64,000 nucleotides of DNA, from contig JAVZSS010000001.1 in the NCBI GenBank assembly GCA_044343155.1, positions 6,023-70,022 on the forward strand, in the 5' to 3' direction. The notes under the pieces are model-generated. The model saw only the letters and a program-made list of their open reading frames with translations. It did not search any database and was not told where the DNA came from. Below, one piece after another: positions 1 to 10,361 of the stretch (position 1 is the stretch's first letter; the number at the start of each line of letters is the position of its first letter). A program made the translations under genes and the position numbers. The DNA is from Candidatus Aenigmatarchaeota archaeon (GTDB lineage Archaea; Aenigmatarchaeota; Aenigmatarchaeia; CG10238-14; SpSt-28).

Positions 1-84
1 CAACATAACAATTTATTAATTTTCTTCCTTTTCTTTCACCTATATAGCTTCCAGGTAAAACTATTTCTCTTAAAGCCATAAATC

Positions 85-792
85 TCACACATCTATTTTT
101 CTAACTATCTTAGATTCAAAACTTCCCTTCGTTATTTCAGCTAACTTTCTAAACAACTCATCTTGTATACCAGAAAAAATTTCGATTTCAAGAATCAAAC
201 TCCCATCTGAAGAATAATTCTCACTCTTTATTTCACCTGCAGAAGAAATAACAGAATACGCTTTTCCAATAAACTGAGCAGGTATTTTAATTTGTAGCAA
301 AGTTTTTTGAAATTTTATTGGTAAGATTTGTTTTATAGCTTTTAAAACTTTTTCTACTTGAACTTCTGCATCTAAAAAAGGATCTATATTAACTCCAACT
401 TGCTCCATAGCATTCAATATTCTTTGAGGTGGATGTGGAGTATTTGTTTGCGGATTTATTGCTCTTTTAGAAATTAAAGTTGCTATTAAATTTTTCTTTT
501 CTTCTATCATCTCCCTCTTTTGCTCTGTTGTTAATGAAAATTCTCCCTTCTTTATTATTTCTTCAGCTATCTTATACAAATCTGTAGTCCCAAAAACTTT
601 TTGAAGCTCTTGCTGTTGGATAACCTCACCTTTTCGAGCATTTTTATAAATAGCTGGATACGCTAAAACTTCATCAATATTAACTTTTTTTCCATTCTTT
701 AGTTCCCATGCCTTTTTCGGATCTACAAGTATTTCGAATACCAATCCTTTTAAACTCAATCTAGCAACTACAGCTTTATCTACACTTATCAT
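85..792 (-). CDS. sdo1: Ribosome maturation protein Sdo1 (SBDS family)
   Basis: 235 aa; SBDS-like N-terminal and central domains; sits next to proteasome alpha and Pop5 as in the archaeal exosome superoperon. Confidence 0.75.
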   Translation of the reverse strand: MISVDKAVVARLSLKGLVFEILVDPKKAWELKNGKKVNIDEVLAYPAIYKNARKGEVIQQQELQKVFGTTDLYKIAEEIIKKGEFSLTTEQKREMIEEKKNLIATLISKRAINPQTNTPHPPQRILNAMEQVGVNIDPFLDAEVQVEKVLKAIKQILPIKFQKTLLQIKIPAQFIGKAYSVISSAGEIKSENYSSDGSLILEIEIFSGIQDELFRKLAEITKGSFESKIVRKIDV

Positions 793-809
793 GGCAAAAA
801 CCCAAAAAT

Positions 810-1523
810 TTACTTAATCATTTTTTCTATTTCTTCTAAACTCAAAATTTTGAACGTAAAATTCTCAATTATAGCTAAATCCATTCTTTCTATGCTAACT
901 TTTTCTGTTTTTTCCAGAATATCTATAGCCAATTTGATTGCATCTTTTTTAGTAATCTTATTACTCCATTCTTCTTTTAAAATTTTTATTGCGTTTTGTG
1001 CTCCTCTTCCTATAGAATGTGCATACCATTCAAATAGCATTCCGGAAGGATCACTTTCTATTAAATGTGGGCCTGTATCGTCTTCCCCACCAAATATTAT
1101 TGATACACCATAAGGTCTTAATCCACCATATTGTGTTAAGAGTTGCATTCTATCTCCAACTTCTTTAGATAGACTCCAAACGTCTATAGGCTCTTCAAAA
1201 GTTACTCTATGTGTTTGAGCCTTAACTCTAGCAAAATCTATTAAAACTCGAGCATCAGCTAAATATCCTGCTGCTACTGCTCCTATATGTGTATCTACTT
1301 TAAATATTTTCTCTATTGAAGATGGTGCCATAAGATCATCCAGTATTTTTGCTGTAGCTAAAAGAACTCCTTTATTAAAAATCATTCCTAAGGCTGTTAC
1401 CCCTCTTTTAACGGCTTCTTTTGCATATTCTACTTGAAATAGTCTTCCATCTGGGGAAAACATAGCTATTGTTCTATCATAACCCATAGCTTCAGCAAAG
1501 GTATCTGGCATATTATCACCCAA
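810..1523 (-). CDS. psmA: Proteasome alpha subunit
   Basis: 237 aa; N-terminal YDRTIAMFSPDGRLFQVEYA signature typical of 20S alpha subunits. Confidence 0.9.
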   Translation of the reverse strand: MGDNMPDTFAEAMGYDRTIAMFSPDGRLFQVEYAKEAVKRGVTALGMIFNKGVLLATAKILDDLMAPSSIEKIFKVDTHIGAVAAGYLADARVLIDFARVKAQTHRVTFEEPIDVWSLSKEVGDRMQLLTQYGGLRPYGVSIIFGGEDDTGPHLIESDPSGMLFEWYAHSIGRGAQNAIKILKEEWSNKITKKDAIKLAIDILEKTEKVSIERMDLAIIENFTFKILSLEEIEKMIK

Positions 1524-1526
1524 ATC

Positions 1527-1880
1527 TCAATTTTTTAATTCTTTTCTATCTTTTAAAGTTTTAATTGTACCCGAAACTTTATAAATTTTTATATTAACTC
1601 TACTGTCTCCAATCCTAGAAATTAAACCAAGCCCAACTATAGATTTGTATTTTCCCCTATTACTTATCTTTAATATACCTATTTGTTCTTCATCATCCCA
1701 TAAATTTTCTAGAAATTTTGCATTTATTTGGGCTAAACCTTTTTCTCCAAACATATTTAAAATAGAGTTAAAAAAGGCTTCTTTTATTTGTTCTAAATTT
1801 ACTTTTTCTTCAGAAATAACTTTAAATAATATATATCTCTTTTTTTCTCTTAAACTTGGTAATAAAGGTTTTAATCTCAT
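1527..1880 (-). CDS. rnp2: RNase P protein component 2 (Pop5/Rpp14 homolog)
   Basis: 117 aa; LPSLREKKRYILFKVISEE and C-terminal KVSGTIKTLKDRK closely match archaeal Pop5. Confidence 0.85.
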   Translation of the reverse strand: MRLKPLLPSLREKKRYILFKVISEEKVNLEQIKEAFFNSILNMFGEKGLAQINAKFLENLWDDEEQIGILKISNRGKYKSIVGLGLISRIGDSRVNIKIYKVSGTIKTLKDRKELKN

Positions 1881-2744
1881 TTAAGATTTTGTACCAATAA
1901 GATTAATCTCTTTTATATATTCTGCCGCTTGCTCATTTGCAAATTCTAAACATTCTCTTAAATCGTATCCAAAATAATAATGATGCAAGAAGCTAGCATT
2001 AAAAACATCCCCAGCACCAGTTGTATTTAAAACTTTTTCAATTTTTACTCCTTCTACCTCTACCCTCTCTCCATTTTCTATTGCAAAAGCCCCTTTACTA
2101 CCTCTCTTAATTACTATAGTTCTATTTTTAAACCAATCTAAATTTTTGCTTATCTTTTTACATTCTTCTTCATTCATAAACAAAACATCAACTTTTTTTA
2201 CTAATTCAAAAAATTCTTCTTTATTAAAATTTATATTTGCCTTTATGTCTGGATCTAAACATACAATCATTCCTTTTTCTTTCGCCCTATTCGCTAAAGT
2301 AATAAAATCCTTTCTAAGATTATCAAGCAAATTGTATCCGGAAAGATAAAGTACCTCTCCTTCTAATAAATTTAAAGGTATGTGTTTAATAGAAAATAGA
2401 GTGTTGCTTCCTCTATAAGTTAATAATTGCTTTCTTCCATTTTCTAGCTCATATGCCAATGTTATTCCAGTATTAGTGTTTTCTATTGCTATCTTTGTTT
2501 CTATACCAAATCTTTTTAACTCATTAATTATAAAATTAGAAAAAATATCTTTTCCTAAACATCCAATAAGTCTTACTTTCATTTTTAGTTTGGACGCCCA
2601 TATCGAAAAATTTGCTGCACCTCCACCTACTTTAATTATAATGTTATTAACAAACTCTTGTTCGTTTTTCGCATCTTTGGAAAAAACTTTACCTAAAATT
2701 AGTAAGTCTATATTTACGTCTCCAATAGAAGTTATATCAACCAT
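1881..2744 (-). CDS. PfkB-family carbohydrate/nucleoside kinase
   Basis: 287 aa; ribokinase-like fold motifs including C-terminal GAGDVFNASFL. Confidence 0.7.
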   Translation of the reverse strand: MVDITSIGDVNIDLLILGKVFSKDAKNEQEFVNNIIIKVGGGAANFSIWASKLKMKVRLIGCLGKDIFSNFIINELKRFGIETKIAIENTNTGITLAYELENGRKQLLTYRGSNTLFSIKHIPLNLLEGEVLYLSGYNLLDNLRKDFITLANRAKEKGMIVCLDPDIKANINFNKEEFFELVKKVDVLFMNEEECKKISKNLDWFKNRTIVIKRGSKGAFAIENGERVEVEGVKIEKVLNTTGAGDVFNASFLHHYYFGYDLRECLEFANEQAAEYIKEINLIGTKS

Positions 2745-2773
2745 ATTTTTTATTTAAGTTTAAGAATAATATT

Positions 2774-3520
2774 ATGAAAGTTATTATTCTTGCCGGCGGT
2801 TTTGGTCAAAGATTAAAACCAATAAGTGAGTTCTTACCAAAAACTTTGTTACCAGTTAATGGTAAACCTCTTTTAGATTATATAATCTATAAGATAGAAG
2901 AAATAGAAGATATAGATGAAATAATAATATCTACAAACAAGTATTTTGAAAATCACTTTAATTACTGGATAGAAAAATACAACGGAAATAAAAAAATCTT
3001 GCTTGTAGTTGAACCTTCCCTTAAAGAAGAAGAAAAATTGGGTGCTATAGGTGGTTTAAATTATGCTTTGAAGACTTTAAATATTGAAGATGATATACTT
3101 GTAATTGCAAGTGATAACTTTTTAGATGTTAACCTTAAAGATATGGTCTATCTATTCAAAAAAGAAAGAAAGATTATAATTGGTGTTTATGAAATTATTA
3201 AAGATGATCCTTCTAGATTTGGAATAGTATTAATGCAAAACAATGTCATCATAGATTTTCAAGAAAAACCTAAAGAACCTAAAAGTAGATTAGTTTCAAC
3301 TGGATGTTACATAATACCTAAGGAAAAAATTAAGCTCATAGAAGATTATATAAACTCAAAAATGAATCCAGATGCATTGGGTTATTTCTTTGAGTGGATA
3401 GTAAAGAAAGAAACTGTTTTAGGTTTTAAATTTGATGGAATTTGGTTTGATATTGGAACTGTAGATGCGTATAAAGAGTTAGACAGATTAGTTAGAGGTG
3501 GTTTTATTAAGCATATTTAA
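2774..3520 (+). CDS. Sugar-1-phosphate nucleotidyltransferase (glucose-1-P thymidylyl/uridylyl/adenylyl-transferase-like)
   Basis: 248 aa; N-terminal ILAGGFGQRLKP..KTLLPV NTP-transferase signature. Confidence 0.75.
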   Translation: MKVIILAGGFGQRLKPISEFLPKTLLPVNGKPLLDYIIYKIEEIEDIDEIIISTNKYFENHFNYWIEKYNGNKKILLVVEPSLKEEEKLGAIGGLNYALKTLNIEDDILVIASDNFLDVNLKDMVYLFKKERKIIIGVYEIIKDDPSRFGIVLMQNNVIIDFQEKPKEPKSRLVSTGCYIIPKEKIKLIEDYINSKMNPDALGYFFEWIVKKETVLGFKFDGIWFDIGTVDAYKELDRLVRGGFIKHI

Positions 3521-4838
3521 GCAATACGATATTAGAGGTGTTTATCCGAAAGAAATAAATGAAAAAATTTTTTACAAGTTAGCTAAAGCTTGTAGTAAAT
3601 ATTTTGAAGGTAAAACCGCTTTAATTGGTTGTGATGGTAGATTGTCTAGCCTAAATTTAAAAAATAGTGTCATTCAAGCTCTTCTAGATGATGGTATAGA
3701 AGTTTATGATGTAGGTCTTGTTTCTACTTCAACTTTCAATTTTTTAATTTCTCTTAAGAAATTTGACTTTGGTATTCAAATAACAGCATCCCACAATCCA
3801 AAGGATTATAATGGCATGAAAATTTATGATAATAATGGAAACTCTATAGGTTTGGGGTTTGGCTTAGAAAAAATTAAAGAAATATTCGAAAATGAAAAAT
3901 TTAATAGAAACAAAATTGGTGGAAAACTTGTCAATGGCGATTTTCTAAAAAAGCTTCACATAGATTTTTTAATCAAAAAGGCTGTTAAAAGTGATGTTAA
4001 ATTTGCTTTAGATTTTTCAAATGGAGTTGGTAGCATAGTACTTAAAGAAGTTTTAAATAATAACTACAATTTTATTTCAATAAATGAAAAAATTGATGGT
4101 AATTTTCCTTCCCATTCTCCAGAACCAAGTGAAGAAAGTTTATCAGAACTTAGAAATATAGTCAAAATTAAAAATTTGGATTTTGGAGCATGTTTTGATG
4201 GAGATGCTGATAGAATAGTTTTTGTCGATGATAAAGGAAATATTATTAGAGGTGATCAAATCCTATATCTATTTTCTTATCATTTAAATGCTAAAAAAAT
4301 AGTTTGTGAAGTTTCTTTTCCTCCCAAATTTTCAAAATTTTTAAAATCTTTAGGAAAGGAAATATACGAAACCAAAGTTGGTAGAACATTCATAATAAAT
4401 AAAATGAGAGAAGTTGATGCTGATGTTGGTGGAGAAATATCATCCCATTTTTATTTTAAAGAAACAAACTTTATGGAAGATGCCTTCTATTCTTTACTCA
4501 TTTTAATTAGCATTTTAGAAAAAGAAAAGAAAAAACTTAGCGAGATTTTAAAAGATTATACCTTGGGTAAATTTATTAATTATAAAATTGAAGTTGATGA
4601 AGATAAAAAATATACAATAATCGAAAAACTTAAAGAGGAATTTAGAAAAGATTATGAAGTTTTAGAAATTGATGGTATTAAAGTCATAATTTCTGATGAA
4701 GATTGGTTTCTAATAAGAGCTTCTAATACTGAGCCTGTAATAAGAATTTATATTGAATCTTTAGAGGAGAAAAAAATTGAAGAATATAGAAAAATAATTG
4801 ACAACTATATAAAAAGCTTCGCATCTAATTTAAAGTAA
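3498..4838 (+). CDS. Phosphoglucomutase/phosphomannomutase
   Basis: 446 aa; active-site Ser loop TASHNPKDYNGMK; metal-binding FDGDADR; apparent GTG start overlaps the upstream gene by 23 nt. Confidence 0.85.
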   Translation: MVLLSIFKQYDIRGVYPKEINEKIFYKLAKACSKYFEGKTALIGCDGRLSSLNLKNSVIQALLDDGIEVYDVGLVSTSTFNFLISLKKFDFGIQITASHNPKDYNGMKIYDNNGNSIGLGFGLEKIKEIFENEKFNRNKIGGKLVNGDFLKKLHIDFLIKKAVKSDVKFALDFSNGVGSIVLKEVLNNNYNFISINEKIDGNFPSHSPEPSEESLSELRNIVKIKNLDFGACFDGDADRIVFVDDKGNIIRGDQILYLFSYHLNAKKIVCEVSFPPKFSKFLKSLGKEIYETKVGRTFIINKMREVDADVGGEISSHFYFKETNFMEDAFYSLLILISILEKEKKKLSEILKDYTLGKFINYKIEVDEDKKYTIIEKLKEEFRKDYEVLEIDGIKVIISDEDWFLIRASNTEPVIRIYIESLEEKKIEEYRKIIDNYIKSFASNLK

Positions 4839-4855
4839 AAAAATATACCAAATTA

Positions 4856-6340
4856 ATGGAAGAAATTAAAGATAGAAAAATCCTTTTCGTAACTCCTGAA
4901 CTAAAAACATTCAAATCTAGGGCTGGAGGATTAGGACAAGTAGCTGAAGAGTTGGTTAAGGCTTTTGGTGAACTAAATTTAAATTTACATGTGGTGTCTT
5001 GCTTGTATAAATATACAATAATAGATAGCTACAAGAAAGAAAACGACTTCAGCGATTTAAATCTAGAAGTTATTGATAGAATAAAAATAAAAATTGATAA
5101 AGAATATGAAGCAACTATATACAAAACTAAAAAATATGGGATTAACTTTTACTTTTTATATAATGATGAATTGACAGAAGGATTGTATATTGGAGATTTA
5201 TTAAAATTTGCTATATTTCTAGGTAAAGGAACTGTTGAAATCATGAAAAAAATTAATTTGATTCCTGATATTATTCACTTACATGATGCCTTAACTTCTT
5301 TGGTTCTTTTCTATTCTAAGTATGATCCATCTTATTCTGAGTTTAAAAAATGTAAATTTGTGTTTACAATACATAATGCTGGATACGCTTACCAACAAAT
5401 TTATCCTGTAGATAGAATAAATCTAATAAATCTTCCTCCATTTGAATTAAAAAAGCTAATATGGAATGGTAACATAAATTTACTTTATGGAGGAGTAGAA
5501 AATAGCGATTTAGTTAATACTGTTAGTGAAGATTATGCTATAAATTTAAAGGTTAATGGAGAAGGACTTAAAGACGTTTTTGAAAGAAAGAACGTTTTTG
5601 GTATAATAAATGGAATTGATATAGATTATTGGAGAGACCCTTACTATAAAAATGCTACAAAAGAAAACATACTTAATTTGAAACTTGAGAAGAAAATGGA
5701 ACTAATAAATGAAATAAAGATTAGAACAGGAAAGAAACTTGATATAAATAAAATAATTGCTATTATGCCAAGAAGATTAAGTAGCCAAAAAGGTTTTGAC
5801 ACATTAATGCCAATTATGGAAAAACTTCATAATGATTTAGGAATTCAATTTATTGTTCTTGGTGTTGCCCATCCAAATGATGAAATTGGACACCAATGGG
5901 CAAATTACTTTTACGAACTTCACAATAAGTTACCTGGCTTTGTATTTATTTATTCTTTTGACGAAAATCTAGCAAAACTTATGTATGCAGGAGCAGATAT
6001 AATACTATATCCATCTTTACCAAATAAAGAACCATGTGGAACAGGATATATGATGGCTCTAGTAAATGGTACTCCAGTTGTAGGAACAAAAACTGGTGGA
6101 TTAGCTGAAGTTATAAAAGAGTTTGATGAAACAACCCTAGAAGGAAATGGTTTCTTAATTTGGAAAGAAGAATATTCTACAGAAACGTTTTTAAGAAAAA
6201 TTGAAAAAGCGAGAAGGATATTTGAAGATAGAGAAAAATGGAAATCTTTAGTTTGGAATGCATTTAAAACTGAGGTTGATATAAAGAGTTGCGCTATTGA
6301 ATATATTAAAAGAGTTTATTTACCTGTACTAAAAATTTAA
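4856..6340 (+). CDS. glgA: Glycogen/starch synthase (GlgA-like, GT5)
   Basis: 494 aa; N-terminal K(S)RAGGLGQV motif (KTGGLGDV-type) and GT-B C-terminal domain. Confidence 0.8.
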   Translation: MEEIKDRKILFVTPELKTFKSRAGGLGQVAEELVKAFGELNLNLHVVSCLYKYTIIDSYKKENDFSDLNLEVIDRIKIKIDKEYEATIYKTKKYGINFYFLYNDELTEGLYIGDLLKFAIFLGKGTVEIMKKINLIPDIIHLHDALTSLVLFYSKYDPSYSEFKKCKFVFTIHNAGYAYQQIYPVDRINLINLPPFELKKLIWNGNINLLYGGVENSDLVNTVSEDYAINLKVNGEGLKDVFERKNVFGIINGIDIDYWRDPYYKNATKENILNLKLEKKMELINEIKIRTGKKLDINKIIAIMPRRLSSQKGFDTLMPIMEKLHNDLGIQFIVLGVAHPNDEIGHQWANYFYELHNKLPGFVFIYSFDENLAKLMYAGADIILYPSLPNKEPCGTGYMMALVNGTPVVGTKTGGLAEVIKEFDETTLEGNGFLIWKEEYSTETFLRKIEKARRIFEDREKWKSLVWNAFKTEVDIKSCAIEYIKRVYLPVLKI

Positions 6341-6341
6341 A

Positions 6342-7577
6342 ATGAAAATAGCATTTTTTTGTTGGGAATTTTGGCCTAGATTGGTAGGTGGATTAGGGAC
6401 TTATGCAATAGAAATCACAAAAAAGTTTGTTGAAATGGGAAACGAAGTTGTTGTTTTTACATTAAACGATGGAAACTATCCTACAAAAGATTATTGGAAT
6501 AATGTAGAAATTCATAGACCATTGATATTAGACAGTAGTGATACTTTTCCACTATTTGTCAAAGAAGATCTAAAAAGATGGGGGCATCATCTTAGATTTT
6601 TTTCAGATATCTATTCATATAATTATCTCTCTGCTTCAAAACTTTTAAACCAAATAATAAAAAAAGAAGGTAGAAAATTTGATATAATTTCTTTTCATGA
6701 TTGGCTATCTTCTTTTGCTGGCATAATGCTTAAGAAAAACTCTAATTTACCAGCGGTTTTTCATATTCATTCTTTAGAAGAACAAAGAAATATGGGTGGT
6801 GGCTCAGATACAATTAAAGAAATAGAAAGAGAAGCTGCCAAGGTTGCAGATAAAATAATAACTGTTTCATATTCAATGAAAGATTTTCTTATAAATGTTG
6901 GATATCCTAAAGAAAAGATAAATGTTGTTTATAATGGAATAGATACAGAAAAATATAATCCCAAAAATGTAAATTGGTCTTTGGTAGAGAATCTAAAGAA
7001 AAAATATAACATAAATAATGAGAAAGTTGTTTTTTTCATAGGAAGATTAACTTGGATAAAAGGAATATTTAATTTAATAAAAGCCATTCCTATTGTTATT
7101 GAAAAACACAAAGATGTAAAGTTTATAATTTTGGGTAAAGGTGAAAATTATTTGGATTTAATTCATTTAGCACAATCTTTAAACATTAGTAAATATTTGG
7201 AAATTAGATCAGAATGGGTTAGTGAAGAAGAAAGAATAGCTCATTATGCTTTGGCTGACGTTTGTGTTTTTCCGAGTATAAGTGAACCGTTTGGTATAGT
7301 TAGTATAGAAGCTATGGCTATGGAAAGACCAGTTATTGTTGGTGCTAGAGGTGTTTCTGGATTAAGAGAACAAGTAATTCCTGATGGTGAAAATAAATGT
7401 GGATTACATATAAATGGTGAAGATCCGAACGATATTGCTTGGGGAATAAATGTAGTTTTAGATAATCTAGAAGAGGCTAAAAAATGGGGTAAAAATGGAA
7501 GAAAAAGGGTAATAGAAAATTTTACAATAGAAAAGACTGCAAAAGAAACTTTAAAAATTTATGAGTCTTTGCTATAA
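6342..7577 (+). CDS. Glycosyltransferase, archaeal (Pyrococcus-type) glycogen synthase-like GT-B
   Basis: 411 aa; N-terminal MKIAFFCWEFWP..VGGLG; C-terminal EPFGIVSIEAMA motif (E-x7-E region of GT4/GT5). Confidence 0.65.
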   Translation: MKIAFFCWEFWPRLVGGLGTYAIEITKKFVEMGNEVVVFTLNDGNYPTKDYWNNVEIHRPLILDSSDTFPLFVKEDLKRWGHHLRFFSDIYSYNYLSASKLLNQIIKKEGRKFDIISFHDWLSSFAGIMLKKNSNLPAVFHIHSLEEQRNMGGGSDTIKEIEREAAKVADKIITVSYSMKDFLINVGYPKEKINVVYNGIDTEKYNPKNVNWSLVENLKKKYNINNEKVVFFIGRLTWIKGIFNLIKAIPIVIEKHKDVKFIILGKGENYLDLIHLAQSLNISKYLEIRSEWVSEEERIAHYALADVCVFPSISEPFGIVSIEAMAMERPVIVGARGVSGLREQVIPDGENKCGLHINGEDPNDIAWGINVVLDNLEEAKKWGKNGRKRVIENFTIEKTAKETLKIYESLL

Positions 7578-7604
7578 ATTTATTTTAAAAATACAAGAAA
7601 AACT

Positions 7605-8378
7605 ATGATAATTGGTATTGTTTCTGGCAAAGGAGGGGTTGGCAAAACAACTATTGCTTCTAATTTAAGCTATTATCTTTCTCTTTTTGGAAAAAGAGTA
7701 ACTCTAATAGATTGTAATATAACAACATCTCATTTAAACTTTAACTTTGGCATCTTTGCTCCAGAAGTTACATTGAATAATATACTAAGAGGAGAAAACG
7801 ATATAAATGAAGCAATCTACAGATATAAAAATCTTAACATTATTCCAGCTTCTTTACGTTTAGAGGATTTAAATTACATAGATTTATTAGGATTAAAAAA
7901 TTTAGTTAGAAAGATAGATGCAGATTATGTTATACTTGATTCAGCCCCAGGATTTGGAAGAGAAGCTATTTCAGTTTTGAATTCGGTAGATACAGTCATT
8001 TTTGTGACTTTACCTTTTTTAAGTTCTGTAGCAGATGTAATTAGAGCAAAAAAAATCTTGGAAGAATTCAACATATTTCCTCTTGGAATTATAGTAAATA
8101 TGGTAAGAGGTAAAAGATATGAATTAAAGAGGGGGGAAATCGAAGCTTTAACAAAAATTAAAGTTCTAGGAGAAATACCATATGACGAAAACGTAGAAAT
8201 CGCTTTATCTTTAGGAAAACCTTTTATTGAATTATATCCAAATTCTCCGGCAAGTATTTCATTAAAAAGAATATGTAGTAACATATTTGGTACTCCAATT
8301 GAAGAAAAAAAATTGAATTTTTTGGAAAGATTCTATGAAAAATTTAGAAATATATCAAACAAAATTAGAATTATTTAG
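7605..8378 (+). CDS. MinD/ParA/Mrp-family P-loop ATPase
   Basis: 257 aa; deviant Walker A GKGGVGKTT. Confidence 0.75.
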   Translation: MIIGIVSGKGGVGKTTIASNLSYYLSLFGKRVTLIDCNITTSHLNFNFGIFAPEVTLNNILRGENDINEAIYRYKNLNIIPASLRLEDLNYIDLLGLKNLVRKIDADYVILDSAPGFGREAISVLNSVDTVIFVTLPFLSSVADVIRAKKILEEFNIFPLGIIVNMVRGKRYELKRGEIEALTKIKVLGEIPYDENVEIALSLGKPFIELYPNSPASISLKRICSNIFGTPIEEKKLNFLERFYEKFRNISNKIRII

Positions 8379-8925
8379 AAACGAAAAAATTGTTTTTTGC
8401 AAAGAATCTCAAATTTTTACTTAAATCCTTTCTTACACCTATTCTTTTAGAACTTCCAATTTCATAAGAAATTCCTCTATCTTCAATCCAAATATTACTT
8501 TTTTCTCCAAGAATTTTCCCATTTAAAGATTTATCAATTCTCAATGTTTTTGTTAACCTTCCCGGACCACTAAACATTTTTTTCAATTCTTTATTATCAA
8601 AATCTTTCAAAATACTACCAATTGGTTCTATTGCCCTAATCAAAACTGCCCCGATTTCATTTTTTTCATGGGCTACTATATTAAACATCCAATATTTATG
8701 AACATTGTATATGAAAATTTTACCCGGCTCTTCCCACATTACTTTGTTATAATTTTTAATGCCGTTGTAAGCCCTAGATGCTGGATCTTTAAGTCCAAAA
8801 TATGCCTCAGTTTCAACTATTATTCCCTCTATAAAGTTATCATCTATTTTTCTAATCAATACCTTGCCAATAAGTTCTTTAGCAACTAAATCCGTTTTTC
8901 TTTCAAAGAATTTTAATTCAATCAT
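8371..8925 (-). CDS. DNA-3-methyladenine (methylpurine) glycosylase, MPG/AAG family
   Basis: 184 aa; VETEAYFG..DPASRAYNG motif region of the MPG family. Confidence 0.75.
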   Translation of the reverse strand: MIELKFFERKTDLVAKELIGKVLIRKIDDNFIEGIIVETEAYFGLKDPASRAYNGIKNYNKVMWEEPGKIFIYNVHKYWMFNIVAHEKNEIGAVLIRAIEPIGSILKDFDNKELKKMFSGPGRLTKTLRIDKSLNGKILGEKSNIWIEDRGISYEIGSSKRIGVRKDLSKNLRFFAKNNFFVSK

Positions 8926-8930
8926 AAATT

Positions 8931-10361
8931 TTATTCTAGTATTATTGGTCTTATCTTTTCTTTACTTAATTCTTCAAGCTGTTTTATCTTCGCTTCCAAA
9001 AAACTAATTTTGTTCGTAATATTTTGAATTATATTTTCTGGAATAAGCTTATTCTTAGTTTCATCTAAAACTCTTTTAATATCTTCAATATCCTTTTTAA
9101 TAAAGTTTACCTCCTCTTTTGTTGAATAACTTGAGCTATCTTTCTTAAATTTCTCAATTTCTGTTAAAGCCTTTTTAACATCTGCTACAAGATTAGAAAA
9201 ATCTTCAACTCTAACATAATTATTCAAGTTAAACTCTTCTTTAATCTTACTTAAATCATATATTTTGTTATCTAAAGTACTCAACCCCTTCATTAATACG
9301 TTGATGTCAACAATAACTTTATTTATCTGTTTCTCACCATTCTCTAATCTATTTTTAATTTCTGTAAGCTCCTTTTCAAGTACATCAACTTTTTCTTTTT
9401 CTGCAGCACTACTTTTTATATCTTCTAAATTAGAAGTCAACTTTGCTATTATTCTCTTCACTTCTTCTAAATCATTTTTTGAAGAAAACAATGAAAGCTG
9501 GGTAGATATTAACTCGATATTTGATTTAATCTTACTCAAATCTCTATAAATTTCCTCAATCTTAGCTTCTATGATGGGAATCTCTTTTATTTTTTCTTTA
9601 CTACCAGAAATGTTAGATATTAAAGAGATAATTTCTTGAGTCTTGTTTTCCATTTCTCCTTTAATTTCAATTACCCTATTCAAAACTTCTTTTATTACAT
9701 CTGGCTTTAATAATTGTACATCCGAAAAAATTCTTTCTAATTCCTTAGAAATAGATGATAAATTAATTTTCATCAATCCTACTTCATTTTCCAATTTAAC
9801 AAAATCTGTAAGAAAAGATTCTGGTAATCTTTTATTTAACTCTTCTTCTATTTTTTTCTTAGTTTCTTCTAATTCTTCCAATTTCCTACTAACCTCTTGA
9901 TTTGAAGAAAGAAAAGATAAAGAAATTTCTTCAAAATCTTTCTTTACTTCGTTCAATACTTTCTTAATATTTTCAACATCCTCATTTAAATTACTAAACT
10001 TTTGTTTTTCATTCAAATAATCATCTTTTACTTTTTCTAAATCATTCAAAATTTGCATTATTTCAAATATTTTGTTCTCTATTACATTTATTCTTTCTTC
10101 ATTTAATTTCTTATATTCTTCTATTTTGTTTTCAAACTCATAGCTAAATTCACTTTCAAACAAATTTTTTAACTCACTTAAAGAAGCGGTCTCTACTAAA
10201 AACAAATCTTCCAATTCTTCAACTTTATCTAAAAGCTCTTTAACATTTATACTTTCTATATTTTTTAAATTTTCTTTAATTGAAGAAACTACCATCTCCA
10301 ATTCAACTAGTCTTTTTTCCAATTCAAGAATTTTTATTTTAAGGTTGTTTTCTTCTACCAT
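8931..10361 (-). CDS. Long coiled-coil protein (E/K/L-rich heptad repeats), function unknown
   Basis: 476 aa, low-complexity coiled-coil composition throughout; overlaps next gene by 23 nt (operon). Confidence 0.45.
   Translation of the reverse strand: MVEENNLKIKILELEKRLVELEMVVSSIKENLKNIESINVKELLDKVEELEDLFLVETASLSELKNLFESEFSYEFENKIEEYKKLNEERINVIENKIFEIMQILNDLEKVKDDYLNEKQKFSNLNEDVENIKKVLNEVKKDFEEISLSFLSSNQEVSRKLEELEETKKKIEEELNKRLPESFLTDFVKLENEVGLMKINLSSISKELERIFSDVQLLKPDVIKEVLNRVIEIKGEMENKTQEIISLISNISGSKEKIKEIPIIEAKIEEIYRDLSKIKSNIELISTQLSLFSSKNDLEEVKRIIAKLTSNLEDIKSSAAEKEKVDVLEKELTEIKNRLENGEKQINKVIVDINVLMKGLSTLDNKIYDLSKIKEEFNLNNYVRVEDFSNLVADVKKALTEIEKFKKDSSSYSTKEEVNFIKKDIEDIKRVLDETKNKLIPENIIQNITNKISFLEAKIKQLEELSKEKIRPIILE

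Noticed and set aside
850-2757. Short plus-strand ORFs (87, 79, 67, 93 aa) inside psmA, pop5 and the PfkB kinase
   Set aside because: Antisense to conserved genes with low-complexity hydrophobic translations, an artefact of AT-rich sequence.
3498-3520. Possible frameshift/pseudogene at the NTP-transferase / PGM junction (23-nt overlap)
   Set aside because: Both proteins are full length with intact motifs; the overlap is explained by a GTG start, or the true PGM start lies a few codons downstream.
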